Shown here: in pieces, positions 34,451 to 47,500 of the stretch | How the letters are laid out: each line of letters begins with the position of its first letter | Numbering within the stretch: the stretch's first letter is position 1 | The notes under the pieces: generated by a model | The model's database searches: none | What the model was told of the DNA's origin: nothing | The model's input: only the letters and a program-made list of their open reading frames with translations | Source: Convolutriloba macropyga | Lineage: Eukaryota | Length of the DNA: 64,000 nucleotides | Direction: 5' to 3' | Assembly (NCBI RefSeq): GCF_964194025.1 | Contig: NC_134469.1 | Span: forward strand, 23,622,001-23,686,000 | Translations under genes and position numbers: made by a program

Positions 34451-36039
34451 TTTTGAAAGAATAAGCTGGCCCTGAAGATGCTCGCGGAGCGGAGGACGCC
34501 ATTCTCGACGCCAAAACGAAATCACTAATCTCGAGGTGCTCCTCGGTAGGCGTCTGGCAAACAGATCTGCTGTTCAGGGCCAGTAATTACTTTTTAAGCC
34601 AACGCGCCCAAATTGCATTTGCGTAAGACTGCGTGCGAGTTTGCTGCTTTTGGTGGTCCAAGTTTTCAACTTTATCGATTGACTAAATTGTTGTTGATTA
34701 CCAAGTGGAAACTGATGGGGTGGGTTTGTCTAGATTAAACGGGTCAGCGCTTCCGGGCGTTAACGCAAGAGAAGTTAGTGCGTATTTCACCAGACAGGTT
34801 TTTGCGTTCAAAATCTCATTGATAAGAAAACGGAAACCAGGATAGTATGAAGTACTCTCTTAGATCAACAGACTAAACTCTCCCAGATGCGAACAGGGTG
34901 CGGCGCACTAGGTGATTAAAATTTCATTTAATGCCTTTATGCAAAAAAGATCCAAGGCCTTGATCACTGATCTCCGTTTTTCACTTCTATCGCGAAGCTT
35001 TCTCCTGGCACCGCTGAAGTTTCTACCATTATCAGACCACATCACAACTAGCATAACCGGACAGGAGTCAAACGGTTCCGCTCCCATTACACAAGAATTA
35101 GTGTCCGTAGACGGGAAGACTTCAATAAAGACAGCTCTAATCGATAGAAAAGTGAGAAGTAATTCCCTATTCTTCAGAGTAGTCCGAGGATATGAGACGT
35201 TAAGTGGGACAAAGTAATCAACACCTGTGTTTGTAAGGGAATGAGACTGGTATCTTAGTTTCTTTTATCATGCTCAGCCACGATCGGTTGAATGGTTGCC
35301 GCAAGAAGTTTTCTGCACAAGTCGCAGTTTGATTTGATAGGAGTGTAGTGGGGAATTTAATTGGGGGACCGCATAACGTTCCTGAATTCTAGCGTCTAAA
35401 GGGACAATGCCCTGATTTTAACTTTTTTTCTTAGTATGAAGAAAAAACAGTTTAATAAATGTATGTTGCACATCCAGTACAATTGTATGCTCGGTATCAA
35501 AGTCCCACTTGCCATTGGAGGTGAACAAAAGAACGAATGACATCATGAGGCCCAAAAAACTCTGTAAACTGATGAATGTGAGCACTCCTATTGAAGGATT
35601 TGTGGTCAAAAGATCCTTGCGTTCCGTACTGAAAGATTATCCTTGAGAAATGTATCGGAGACAACGATCGACTGCGAGACGATAAAAGGCGAAGAGTGTA
35701 TACGGTGACACCAACTAGTTGTGGATAAGAGCTGAATTTATCAAACGAGGTTAATGAAATGTTTCGTTCCTTTACTCGATCGGTTGCGGATGCAGCTACC
35801 AAAGAGTTGAAGTCATCATCAATTTTTAATTACGACGCTGATTTTGATCTTATCTCCGAAGCCGTTATCTGGTACGAAAAAGAGTTGGTTGATTCTGAAA
35901 AATTCACAACCCTCACCCACTGGGTTGCAAAATTTCAGCGGACATCCACGTGTGCCAGCATCTGCCAAACTATCGAAAGTGGTGACGTGATTCAATTGTT
36001 CACTGCCTGTGTATTCCAGGTTTTCACTTAATCGATTTG

Positions 36040-36041
<2 letters not shown>

Positions 36042-36106
<65 letters not shown>
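36042..36106. repeat. (TA)n microsatellite
   Basis: Direct observation. Confidence 0.98.
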
Positions 36107-36109
<3 letters not shown>

Positions 36110-37599
36110 TTCGTGCTTCGAGTTTATCCACTACAAGACAATTCTACTATATTTCCAAACAAAAAGTTGTCTACAGTAACGGAAAAGCTTGTCCATTTTT
36201 ATTTTTCAAGTTGGCAGCAAGTAGGTCAGCTTGCAGTTCAGAGCGGTTTCATAGGTCCAACGCGGGCTTTGCCCGGAACAACTACAAGCTCAGTGTTATT
36301 CGCGCCGACAGCTGAAGTTATCTGATAACTAAAAATACCTACAGCTCTGAAAACATTTTGCACGCTAGTAAACTGTTAGCCGTAATTGCAGTGCAAAACT
36401 ATGTCACACCATAGCAAAAAACCTTAACTAGACCAAAACAGAGCAAACTACAACAAATTTAAAAAGCTTCAAAGAAAAACTTTCAAACTAGAAGAGCTAA
36501 ATTCACGTGACTACAACCCCAACATTAACTCCAAAACAAAATTATGTCCCACCCTAGCAAGGAGTAAGACTAAGCAACCAACAAGCATACCAGCAGCAGG
36601 AAACAGCTTTTAACAGCAAAAACTGAACACACTATATTCTACAAGAAATAAATCGATAGACAAAAGAGGAAGGAAGCAAAAAGAAAGGCAACTAAAAAAA
36701 TGAAACCAGACAATCAGATTGAAGCTTCTAATTCGATGAATCGGAAGAACAAATCTAGGAAAAATAAAAGTTATCAAAGTTTTCAGTAAGTTCCGTTTCT
36801 TCCAACAGTCGACGGGTACCAAGCGTTTTCCGACGGCGCTTAGAAAGTATTTTCGGCCGGAAAAATGCAAATATGGACCTATGATTGTTTCTATCTGCTA
36901 GCAATAGATAGAGGGTTTTCAACTCATGTACTGTTTTTTGATGTAACGCTCCGTACATTTCAAATAAACTCGGGTTTTTCTGTTTACCATCAGACACATG
37001 ATGCCATGTAACTAAGTGCTTTTTATCATTAAAGGTTGAAGTTGTGCATTTTTTCGTATATTTACAGCAGTGGGGTTAATTTGGAGATTAGGTAGTGGAA
37101 AAATGTCTTGTTTGTGATGATCTTTTAACGATTGAGGCAAAGTTGCTATGGATTGATGATGTGAACTTGCATCCAATTTGACAACTATCTATTTTTTACA
37201 ACTGGATTGTTGTAAGCTTTGCTCAAATTCCAAAACTAATTGTGTTTTTTCGCTGATTATAAGAACTTGTCAGGACTGAGTGCGCTCTTAGAATCAGAGC
37301 ACTCAAAATTTTCTTGCAAAAATGAGGAATGCCAAAATATGAAGTATTGTTCCCACAGCAATTAGCATTTGAAATTTTTTCAACAGATTTTTTTTGGAAT
37401 CTGCTTAAATTTTTTCATCTTTTTTAACAATAGACAAACAAAATTTCATTGCTTTATTGTTCGCTTTTCTGATTTTTTCAGATTACCTAAAAGATTGTCA
37501 GAAATTTTTTTATTAATTTCGTTTTTCGTTTCAACAGAAAACTGGCGGGTGCATTTTACCTGTGACAGACAAAATTACATATCAAAAATGGACAAAAAT

Positions 37600-39190
37600 T
37601 TTGTCGAAATAAAAGGTACATACATTTTCTGACCAGAAATTTAAATTGTTGCATTAGAAAGAGTTAAGATCCATTTCTTCGATTGAGAAACTGTTGCTTG
37701 TCTTCGCTTTTGTCGAAAACCCCGAAATAAACATTGTTTTAATACCTGGTGCAAAAATAAGTGATTTGACATAAAGTTTCCTTTTCCACTTTTTGCAAAT
37801 ATATCAACAAGAAAAGTTGATCGACGCACGTTTGTAAAATGAAAATTGACAGATCAAACTATAGCATCTTTCAAGTACTGATATTCCTCATGGCCATGGA
37901 ACAAGCAAATTTTCCTCGCTTCCACAGGAAAATGTACCGCGTTTAATTAGTGAGATTACAGCCGTTAAGTCAGATGAGTTATACGCCAGATCTGGGTAGC
38001 GGTACCAAAATGAAGGTGAGTATACACTACTCAAACATTTTTACATTTTAACGAGGCAGCTTTTCTTTGTAAAGTTAAAGCAATAGCTAACTGCTCGAAG
38101 AACGGCAGATCTAGCGACATGTTTGGCAGGTCTTAGTCTAAGATCAGTCATCGATAGATCTCTGAAACAACAAATATTTAGCCAAAGTAGGGCGAAATCG
38201 ATATAGTTCAATAGTAGGCTGATCGGAAACAAGGTTTTTGAAAATTTTGGTGTTTTGTACCCAATTTAGATACTTGTATGTTTCAGAAAGGAGGCAATAA
38301 AACTTTCTCGCTGCATAGATGTAAATCTCAAAAAAGCGCATTGCTCATTTACTTCTTAACATCAAGCGTACATGAAGTCAATATCGGTATTCCATGATGA
38401 TTTATAGAAACACCCTACATAAAACAAGCTACCAGATACTGCCGTAAAAATTGTTGGTAATATGTTCATGTATGTTTCCAAAAATGATCACCTCTAATTT
38501 TGGGGATTCATGTACATATATACCGAGGCATTGGTGTTTGCTCCCAATAAACTTAGGCAAGAGCACATAGTTTTTTTAACGTCAAAGACATTTGCATTAG
38601 TTGAAGTATTGAGCCACATAATAGTGAGACATACAGACATACAACAGAGAGCATAATGGGGTTAGATAGGACGAAGTACCTCACCTTGTCAAAATTTTAT
38701 TTAATGATATTGAAGTGACATTTGGAAAAAATCAAGGAAAAAAGTCACAATTTACCTAAATTAGATGATGAGTGAGGGTCCTTCAACAAAAAATACTAAA
38801 CTCTTGATGCTCATTTTTGACATCGAAATTTCCAGTCTTTCTAATTATCTCATGACTCTTATTAGTTTAGCACGAAAAGGGGTGACATCCTAACTTTTTG
38901 TTCGCAATTTTTCAACTTATTGCTGCTCTACATAACCTCACGGTTTTTCGCACGACAGACAAATTTAACAATGAGAGGCTTTATACCATATCATTCATGG
39001 CAGATAACCAATGACAAACACTTTAACCCTCTCATGAGCGATACTCCACATCTCTCAGCTATTTCGTCAACTTTGATAAAGGTCTTTGCCCTCATTTTAA
39101 TTCTAGCCATACATGCGGATCTATGTTTGCTTGCCATTTTGTTCAATAGCTTCCAAATCAAACCCTCTTTGATCAACTGTTGTGTTGCAA
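37600..39190 (-). pseudogene. Possible very decayed MULE-type transposase (FLYWCH-like N-terminus + DDE remnants)
   Basis: Fragments LIWKL...CMARI, FEIYIY...YCLL...Y and SYCFNFTK (cf. GCxFHF) occur in the expected order; weak. Confidence 0.35.
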
Positions 39191-39207
39191 TTTAGTTAGA
39201 CCTCAGT

Positions 39208-41609
39208 CAGTTAAACGGTGAACAGACAAAACAGTCCCAGACATAAGAGTCTTAAATTGCAAAAAAGTCCCAGACAAAATAGTCCGAAGAAAACAGACAA
39301 AACAGTCCCGCTCAAAGCTCTCGTTACACTGATCAAAAAGAAAGCGCAGCTTTGATCTTGAAAGAAAGTTTTGAAGTCGGGGTGAACAGACAAAACAGTC
39401 CCAGACAAAACAGTCCCAAATAGCAAAATATTCCAAGACAAAACAGTCCCAGACAAAATAGTCCCAGAAACCAGACAAAATAGTCCCAGACAAAATAGTC
39501 CCAAGGCCATTATAATTGTAGGAATGGAAAGTTAAACTTAAGCGTTTTTCGGAAAAGAACCAAAATAATACTGACCTTGAATTATTCCCAACACAAAAGC
39601 GAATTCTAAATTTGAAACTGTACAAAGATAATAATGGTGAAGAAATTTAAACTGATGAGAACGGTTGAATAAGTAAATATGGACTCTGATAAAGATTATG
39701 TCACAGATTGAACATCAAAATTCTCAGCCACGTAATATTGAATTAGAAACCCAAATTAGGGGCCTAGGATATCAAAGTCATGATTGACCTTCTGAAAATT
39801 TTTGCCAAAAAGGCATTTTTCACACAACGATTCGGATCATTTGGTAAAAATAGGACTAAACTATCGTAACCAAACATAAATAAGCAGTATATATACGGTT
39901 CAATTTTAGCCAATTTTTGTAACCAAAATCAGTCTGAAAATAACTATATTGCCGTGATAATCCGAATTGCGGAGTAAATTTTATTAGACGAGTGAGTTAA
40001 CAGATCTCTGTCGTAGACTGAAAATTGTAATAATTGTTGAACTAGTATACTGTGGTAACTATACTTTTCGTTAAATTAACTAAGCAAATTTTTAACTACT
40101 TTCATTTTTTTAGACATTTTCTTATAACTTAGTAGAGCTTAAACTGTATCTAGTAGGTATTTGCTAACCGCTTCGATACTTGGCACTCGTAGGCTTTTGT
40201 AACTAGTTGTTCTGTAGTAACCATAGCCTGTAATAATTAGGACTGGGTAAGACTTAATCGTTTCTTGCGGTTTTCTGTTAATCAACAGCGTAATTGTACA
40301 ACTTTAGTAACTTCACAATACATCTCTAAGGATCTGAAATCATACTCAATCTAGCTTCAATTTATTGGATTTAAAATATTTTGGTGACTAGTAAAGTAGT
40401 GATCAACCAATCAATAATTAGGTTAAGTTAGGTTAACGAACTGGAGGACAACATCGAATCCCGGACAACATCAAGACGATTGATTTCTGAGAGTATTAAT
40501 CGGCCAAGCTCCTTCTCGGAGACCGCATAGTGAAGCCACTCTGAGGGTAGGCCTGCCTGCTCGTAGAAGACTTGGCAAGTTAAGTTAAACCATGTAGTAT
40601 GGAATGGTGAACCAAGTAGACAATTAAAAAGGTCTGCAGTAACCTGAAGTACCTGATGGGCAATGTCTTAACGTTCTATCAAGTTGGTTAATAGTCGTCT
40701 GGTTGGGTTGTGGAGTGAACACCGACGAGCTCTTCACGTCATCTACTATTTGTTTTAAGTATATTGGTTGATCGATTAACTAGAAAGTGAATTGAGGACC
40801 TGGTATAATTCTCAATCTTAGAGTCACCAATTTATTTCATTTGGTAAAACACTTCTTAGAAGCTAAAATATCTTGTAACATAGAGAAGCATTACAAACAT
40901 ATGCCAATACCATCATTATTATCGGCAATTGACTTAAGCCCTGAAAATACTTTCTTTAGGACTTGAACGGAGGGCCTGGTATAACCCTTTAGTCCAGTTA
41001 AGAGTAGTAGGTTTGTGAAATTACTATCCAGTCCAGTAGTTTTCTCTAAAGATAGATTCTAGGAACAATTGTGGAATTGTGAATAGGGTAAAACCTCCAC
41101 CCTAAATATTCAGATTCTATAATAATAGCTCTTACACGTATGATTTAACAAGCGGATAATTTAATCCCTTGTTCGGTTGTGATAGTTTCATATCAAGTGC
41201 CACGGGCCGCTGAGGCATGGCCATGGCCATTAACTTTGCTAAAACATACGGGTAATAGCGACTGCTAATTTGTTGTCGGTTTATTGAACGAACATTTCAA
41301 AGTACATTGGGTATAATGGCATTAGGTACATTTTATTTGGGACTATTTTTGTCTGGGACTGTTTTGTCTGGTTTCTTAGGACTATTTTGTCTGGGACTGT
41401 TTTGTCTGGGAATATTTTGCAATTTGGGACTGTTTTGTATGTTTTCTTCGGACTATTTTGTCTGGGACAGTTTTGTCTGGGACTATTTTGCAATTTAGGA
41501 CTGTTTTGTCTGGGACTATTTTGCAATTTAGGACTGTTTTGTCTGGGACTATTTTGCAATTTAGGACTGTTTTGTCTGGGACTGTTTTGTCCGGACACGA
41601 GTTTAACTG
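39208..41609. mobile_element. Foldback/MuDR-like element with long inverted arms built from 15-bp tandem units
   Basis: AGACAAAA(C/T)AGTCCC arrays at ~39220-39503 and their complement at ~41335-41594; outer CAGTTAAAC / GTTTAACTG; inner GCCATTATA / TATAATGGC. Confidence 0.8.
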
Positions 41610-41920
41610 CATATTATAAACCACAGAGAAAAGTTGAGAGACGAGGTCGACAGGAACTCGTTCAGCGACCCTGGTACTCGACCACAAGTCACAATGACCA
41701 CCTTTTCTGTCCGAGGCGCTACACTTCACCTAATGATAAGATCCTTTGCCTTCATCCAAAAACAGCCTTAGAAATTGACTCGCTTCCCTTGTCATTCTCC
41801 AGAACCGTCACTAACTCAATCTATTTTATAGATTATTACTAAAGAGCGAAATTTAGGTGAAGCTATTTACATCACTCAAAATTCAATTAAACACGAGTGA
41901 TCACACTTTCAAAACGGTCA

Positions 41921-42197
41921 GCCCGGGTCGGGGTTTTTTGTTGATTTTGCGTAAGAAATGCGGTGAATGCGGTGAATGCGGTGAATGCGGCGAATTTTCG
42001 TAAGAAATGCGGTGATTGCGGTGAATGCGGTGAAAAAACTAATTCATCGCTTTTCACCGCATTTCTTACAAAAAATCACCACCAAATTCATCGCATTTCT
42101 TACAAAAATTCACCGCATAGACTATTATGGCAAATTAATGTAAGAAATGCGGTGAATGCGGTAAAAAAAATAATTCACCGCTATTCGACCCCAGGCC
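41921..42197. repeat. Small palindromic repeat element built from AATGCGGTG units
   Basis: GTAAGAAATGCGGTGAA and TTCACCGCATTTCTTAC in both orientations; weak terminal IR GCCCGGGTCG / CGACCCCAGGC. Confidence 0.65.
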
Positions 42198-42269
42198 TAG
42201 GTGTCAACGCTAAAAAGCGCTAAATTATGTGAGATTTTGTTGTGGGCTAAAGTATCCATATTGTTTTCA

Positions 42270-42705
42270 AAAAAATCAGTTGGATGCAGATGAAACTGGA
42301 AAGTGTTGAAAGCAGACAAAAATAGTGAGAATATCAATAATTTTAATTTTTAAACCATTTTTTTCTATATGATGGAGCAAACTATCGACCACCCAACCTA
42401 AGTATTTGAACTCTTGCTGTAATCTAGTTTCAAATTGTCTTTGCAATTTTTTCAAAAAAAAATCAGTTGGATGCAAGTGAAACTGGAAAGTGTTGAAAGC
42501 AAACAAAAGTAGTTAAAATAAAAAAAAATATTTTTAAACCATTTTTCGATATGATGGAAATAAATCGACCCCCAACCTAGGTTTTCGAACTCTTGCTGTA
42601 ATCTATTTTTAAATTGTTCTTGCAATTTTTCAAAAATAATCAGTTGGATGCAAGTGAAACTGGAAAGTGTTGAAAGCAGACAAAAGTAGTGAAAATATCA
42701 AAATT
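42270..42705. repeat. Tandem repeat, ~180-bp unit, ~2.4 copies
   Basis: AATCAGTTGGATGCA...GAAACTGGAAAGTGTTGAAAGCA at ~42274, 42461 and 42638. Confidence 0.9.
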
Positions 42706-44559
42706 TATTAAACCTAGGCTAATCTCTTTTTATAGACACTATTAGTTTGAATTATGACTAACTATTAAAAGTCTTTTACCCCATTATTTATTTTGATAAC
42801 ACAATAAAAAAATTGTTTGAAAAATTTTATTTAGATTCAAACGACATAATTCAGCAAACTATAATTGAAATAGTGAAGAAATTATCAAAATTAGGAATAC
42901 TAAAATGAACAAACCAAAATGAACAAAATTTTTCGCGCAAAAAATAAGAAGAATGAGAGTAACTTTTGTTGCTTAGAAATCCTTAGATTGGTTTACCGGA
43001 AAATTTTTGCTTGTTCGTTTTCTCAATGCATTAGGCTTGAAATTTGGTCATACCAGAAACATTCAAAAGTTTTTTTGAAATAAATTGATACCACTTGATA
43101 AAATTTTGGCCAAGATACGAAACTGTCCGTTCCGAATTTCAGAGCCTCTTCTATTGAATAGAGAAATTTAGCTTTGTTCGTATTTGTGTCTTTGTTTGAA
43201 GGACTAAACAATTTGAACAAATTGGCCAAGAAACCACTAGTTCCAGTCTAAAGCCGCTGCTCATCTGAAACTGAAAAAAACTCAAAATGCAGTCGTGGAA
43301 TCAAGATCCGATTTGAAATGTCATTTTGCATCTTTCTGAAGTTTTAGTAATAACCTAAAAAGCTTCCCTCTGTAAAAATTTATCACACTTCCTCAACCAT
43401 TTGAGCCACTACTGGTTTGCTAATTTCCACCAAAAATTGAAATCAAACAATTGAGAACAAAACTTAGTTGATAAAAAATAATCTTTACAGGTGTTCTACT
43501 TCTGATAAAAGAGAGCCTACTTTTTGCTGTAATCCATTGTATTTTTTTACGCGGAGACATACACTGGTGCTTCAAATTAAACAAGAAAAAAAACCGGCTG
43601 GCTTTGGGCAAGCTGCTCTCCACGACTTGAGAGTCGTTGGCTTCAAACAATTACACATGCTGGACATAGGGACGCTAGCTTTTGCAAAATTGAGTAATTG
43701 TTTGGCGATGGTCAGGGGAAGGTGAAAGGAACGGGGTTGTTGTTAGCGCGGGATAGAAACGAGGGTTAGGTGGTTACGGTTGCAATTAGTTGGAGTATGG
43801 GGGAGCGGAGTAAGGTGTGGGGTTGGAATATTGGAGGAACCCAATTCTAAGAACAATCGTTAACACCACCGCAAACAGCACAGAATCTTCAAAATGATTT
43901 GGTTGGACCCAAACAAAACGTTACCGCAACAGAATGGAGCCCAACCGACATTGGAAAACAGAACAGATCATTTAATTTAAAGTCAGTACAGGAAGTTAAA
44001 TAAATGAGAAAGTTAAGTTGCTTCAGACACACGCTTGACGTATTGCCGATGAAGAAGGCCATCTGACCAAGAACAAACTGTGTCCTCGGGAAGCGCATGT
44101 CGATGAATCTTTGAAACATACAAGGATTTAGATGTCAACAGACGGCAACAGAGGCAACAATTGGGGCCAAAATGTTTGAAATTTTTCGATGCCGACACGA
44201 ACTGCTTTCTAAGCAAAAAATGTAATGAAGTGGCAAGTCAACCAAGTACTAAAACTTTGAACAACATCGTATTGACATTGTTATCAAGACACTGCGACTT
44301 TACACTTTAGTAGAAAAGTGTGCTCTAAACTTCAGGGAAACGTCAAAAAATTAAAAACAATCATAAACCAAAAATTTATGCACATTTCACGAAATTCAAA
44401 CAACAAAGCCAAATATTGTTTCTGAATGGTTCGTGGTTTTCAATTAAAACAAATTTCACAATTGCCACCTACTCAAACGCAATCTGGACACCACGTGTAT
44501 GAGAGATGTAGGGAATCAGACTTCGTGAGTGTCATTTTCTTCGGCTGAAAATAATGTTA

Positions 44560-47500
44560 AAAAACACTATATGGAACAAAAAAAGAAGTGACAGAAAACT
44601 TTGGATAGAATTTTGAGTTCTCTGTCACGCATTTTGCTACGCCCCGAAGCACAAAAGAACCCAGTATAGCCAACTCACGTTCATCGAAAGAACTAAAGGT
44701 TGTAGAATTAGTGCTCAAAAACCTAAGAGCAAAAACTGAAACCCAGCAACAACTGCAAGAGCGGCAGAGTGAGTTAGAAAAGGAAACTCAATAAAATGAA
44801 CTACGTCAAAGACAAGAAAAATAACGTTTGCACTTAAATCTAAAAGTTACTTGTCTACAACTACAACAAAAAGACATCTAATTACGTCAGAATCAGTGGT
44901 AGATGATATGAAAAGTGTGGGATTCAGACGAAAGACAGAAAAAAACAGCAGAACTGTCAAAGTCAGCAGCCGGGCAGTCTGTTTATAGCCAGCCACTATT
45001 GTCAAACTGACTTGTCTCCCATCCAAAATATCATAATATAAAAAGTGAGAAAGGTGTGTGCACCTACCCAAAAGGTATCCCCTAGTTGTTTCATCTGGGA
45101 GTAGGATATTTTTCAGAGCAAATTTGAGATCCGAAAAATCACAGAAAACCAAAACTACCAAAATCAATTAGATTGGCACACCCGCAAACCAAGCTGCCAG
45201 GGACGAAATTTCAACAGCGAGGGCCGTCAGCATTCAACAACAAGCTGAGAAATCACAGTCTCACAATCTTCCTAAGAGATATACATCAATCGAGAGTCGG
45301 AGCCAAACTTCATTGAGCCAAACGAAATTATTGTCAGCCAGTAATTAGCAGTGGTACCAGAGGCCGAACAAAAGTGATGTTAAACAAAATTTCTGCAGAT
45401 CCAGTTGCCCCGGTAATCTGAACTCTTTGATTTCCCTGTCATTCAAAAGCAGTTAATTGCTACCTAGAGAAAACACATTTGAACTTCAGCCTCATAGGTT
45501 AGACAAAAACAACAAACCTAGATTATTGTGAATTGCGATTTCCCCAAAATCAAATTATGATGCCTAAGATGTTCTCCGTAAAAAATTCGGCAGACCGATT
45601 CTTAGTTAGAGCTCAACTGAAGAAGATATGTTATCACTTTTTCAAGTAGGACACAATGATACCAGTCGCTGTGTTCAAATTTCAATAGTGAACACAAACA
45701 CAGAGAGCTTTTTAACTCAGTTCGGATAAAAATGTGTCTTGAAATTGGGGCGAGTTCTATGCTTAATTTTTACAATTATTTTCCCATCAGCCGAAATATC
45801 AATGGCTAAATTATCTGAAATATCATCAAATAGTGGGAGGAAACTTGATTGTGTTCAAATACTGGCAGAATTAGCAGCTTTGATACATGATAACGGGTTA
45901 TATCAAATAAACGCTAAGTTTCAAAGCCATTAAACCAATAACATATTGCTTTCGCATCCAACGCTGAAGAGTTTCCAAAAGCAACTAACCGGGAAAGTAT
46001 TTTCAAAGATTTGAAGCACCTCATTTTAAAATTCAACAATATCGACAAAACTAAACCGGCGACCAAAACATTTGCAAAACTTCAGACTACGTTTCAATTA
46101 TTGGAAACCTAGTCATCGGTTAAATGATTGCAAAACTAGAGCTTGCCGTTTGTCCAGTTATTGCAAACAACACAACAAACTCCTGCACATTGAATTTCCA
46201 AAATTACAACGTGTTTATTAGATGCTACAACTGCAGTAGCAATATGCATCAGACAAAGCGGACTCCCTGTAGTACACATTAAACTAATAATTTAGCAATT
46301 TTTTTAAAAGGATACTATTTTTTTCGTAGATAAGTCAATTGTGTCTAAATCTCAAGTTCAGTGCAGAAAATTCTCTTTGTCCGTAGCATTGATCCGTGAT
46401 TCACAGTATGTGAAGATTCAAATAGTGGTCTATCAGCCATAGCATTTCATCCAGTAGTTGTTCAGCCCGTGAGAAGTCTAAACCATTGACAATTTTACAG
46501 CTCATGTTCATTAGAAATTAAGGCTAGGTAGCCGTATTTTGGATCTGCTGGAATGGAAAATCCGATACCCACATATAAGGAACTTGTCAATCAGACCTAA
46601 AATCTAAGTGGAGTCTATCTTATTTCGGAAAAGACTGTTACAATATTCATTAACCATTAGACTCCAAGAAATCGGAAGACACTGCCCTAAGAGCAGTAAG
46701 GTCACAAATTCGCTAAGTGGTTTGCCACGAGAGAAATAAGCACCTCTCTTCAAAGCAGCGACAGCCACAGCAGATGACAAAAAATAAAAGCAGTGGATTC
46801 TGCAGTAAAATTGATTCCAACGCCTCATACTGCGACATCATCAGTCATTCAAAATACGAACAACAAGCAACCAAGACGTTGGAGCGAACAACGCGATCCA
46901 GCTGAGAGAGATACCTATATGGTTTTATGTGTTGACAAGACAAGGTTAAGATGCCAAACGACTTTCACTCCGTGATTAGATAACTCAAACTTTTAATTTA
47001 AGAGACTCCAACAGGGCGCTATCAAGGAATCACTAACACCAAACTCTTAATATGTTATAATTGGAAAACTGAACAATTTGTTTTGAATAAAAGCAGCGAG
47101 AAAATACAAGGGTATTTATTGTCATTAACCAAGATAAACCGGAAAAGTCAATAGTGAGTTCAACGCAGAAGCAAGGTATAGAGGCCTGGCCATAAACAAA
47201 AATCTTTTATCGGAACCAGATTTGCTTCATTCTCTAATCAGAAATAGTTTTGGTTTCAGTAAACACCAAATAAATTATCAGCCAAAAAAGAAGCGATGTT
47301 TCTTCAAACTGCTATCCTGAGCGATTACAAGCGGTTATTGTGATTCATCTGTTGATAAATTTAGCGCAGATGATGCTAGATTAAGAGCACACATGACAGG
47401 TTGTTTTGGGGGAAAACTTGACAATTTGAGGAAGTTGCTAGCCAAAATATAATTTGTATAACATTTGAGACAAAAAAAAATAAAAAAGGCAACAAGGAAA

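Noticed and set aside
36037-36315. ORF with a YIYIYI repeat
   Set aside because: Translation of a (TA)n microsatellite
39220-41594. 15-bp repeat arrays as a CRISPR array or repeat-protein genes (ORFs 39211-39510, 41281-41598, 41387-41842)
   Set aside because: No unique spacers and no cas genes; the context is eukaryotic; the ORFs are by-products of stop-free tandem units in inverted TE arms
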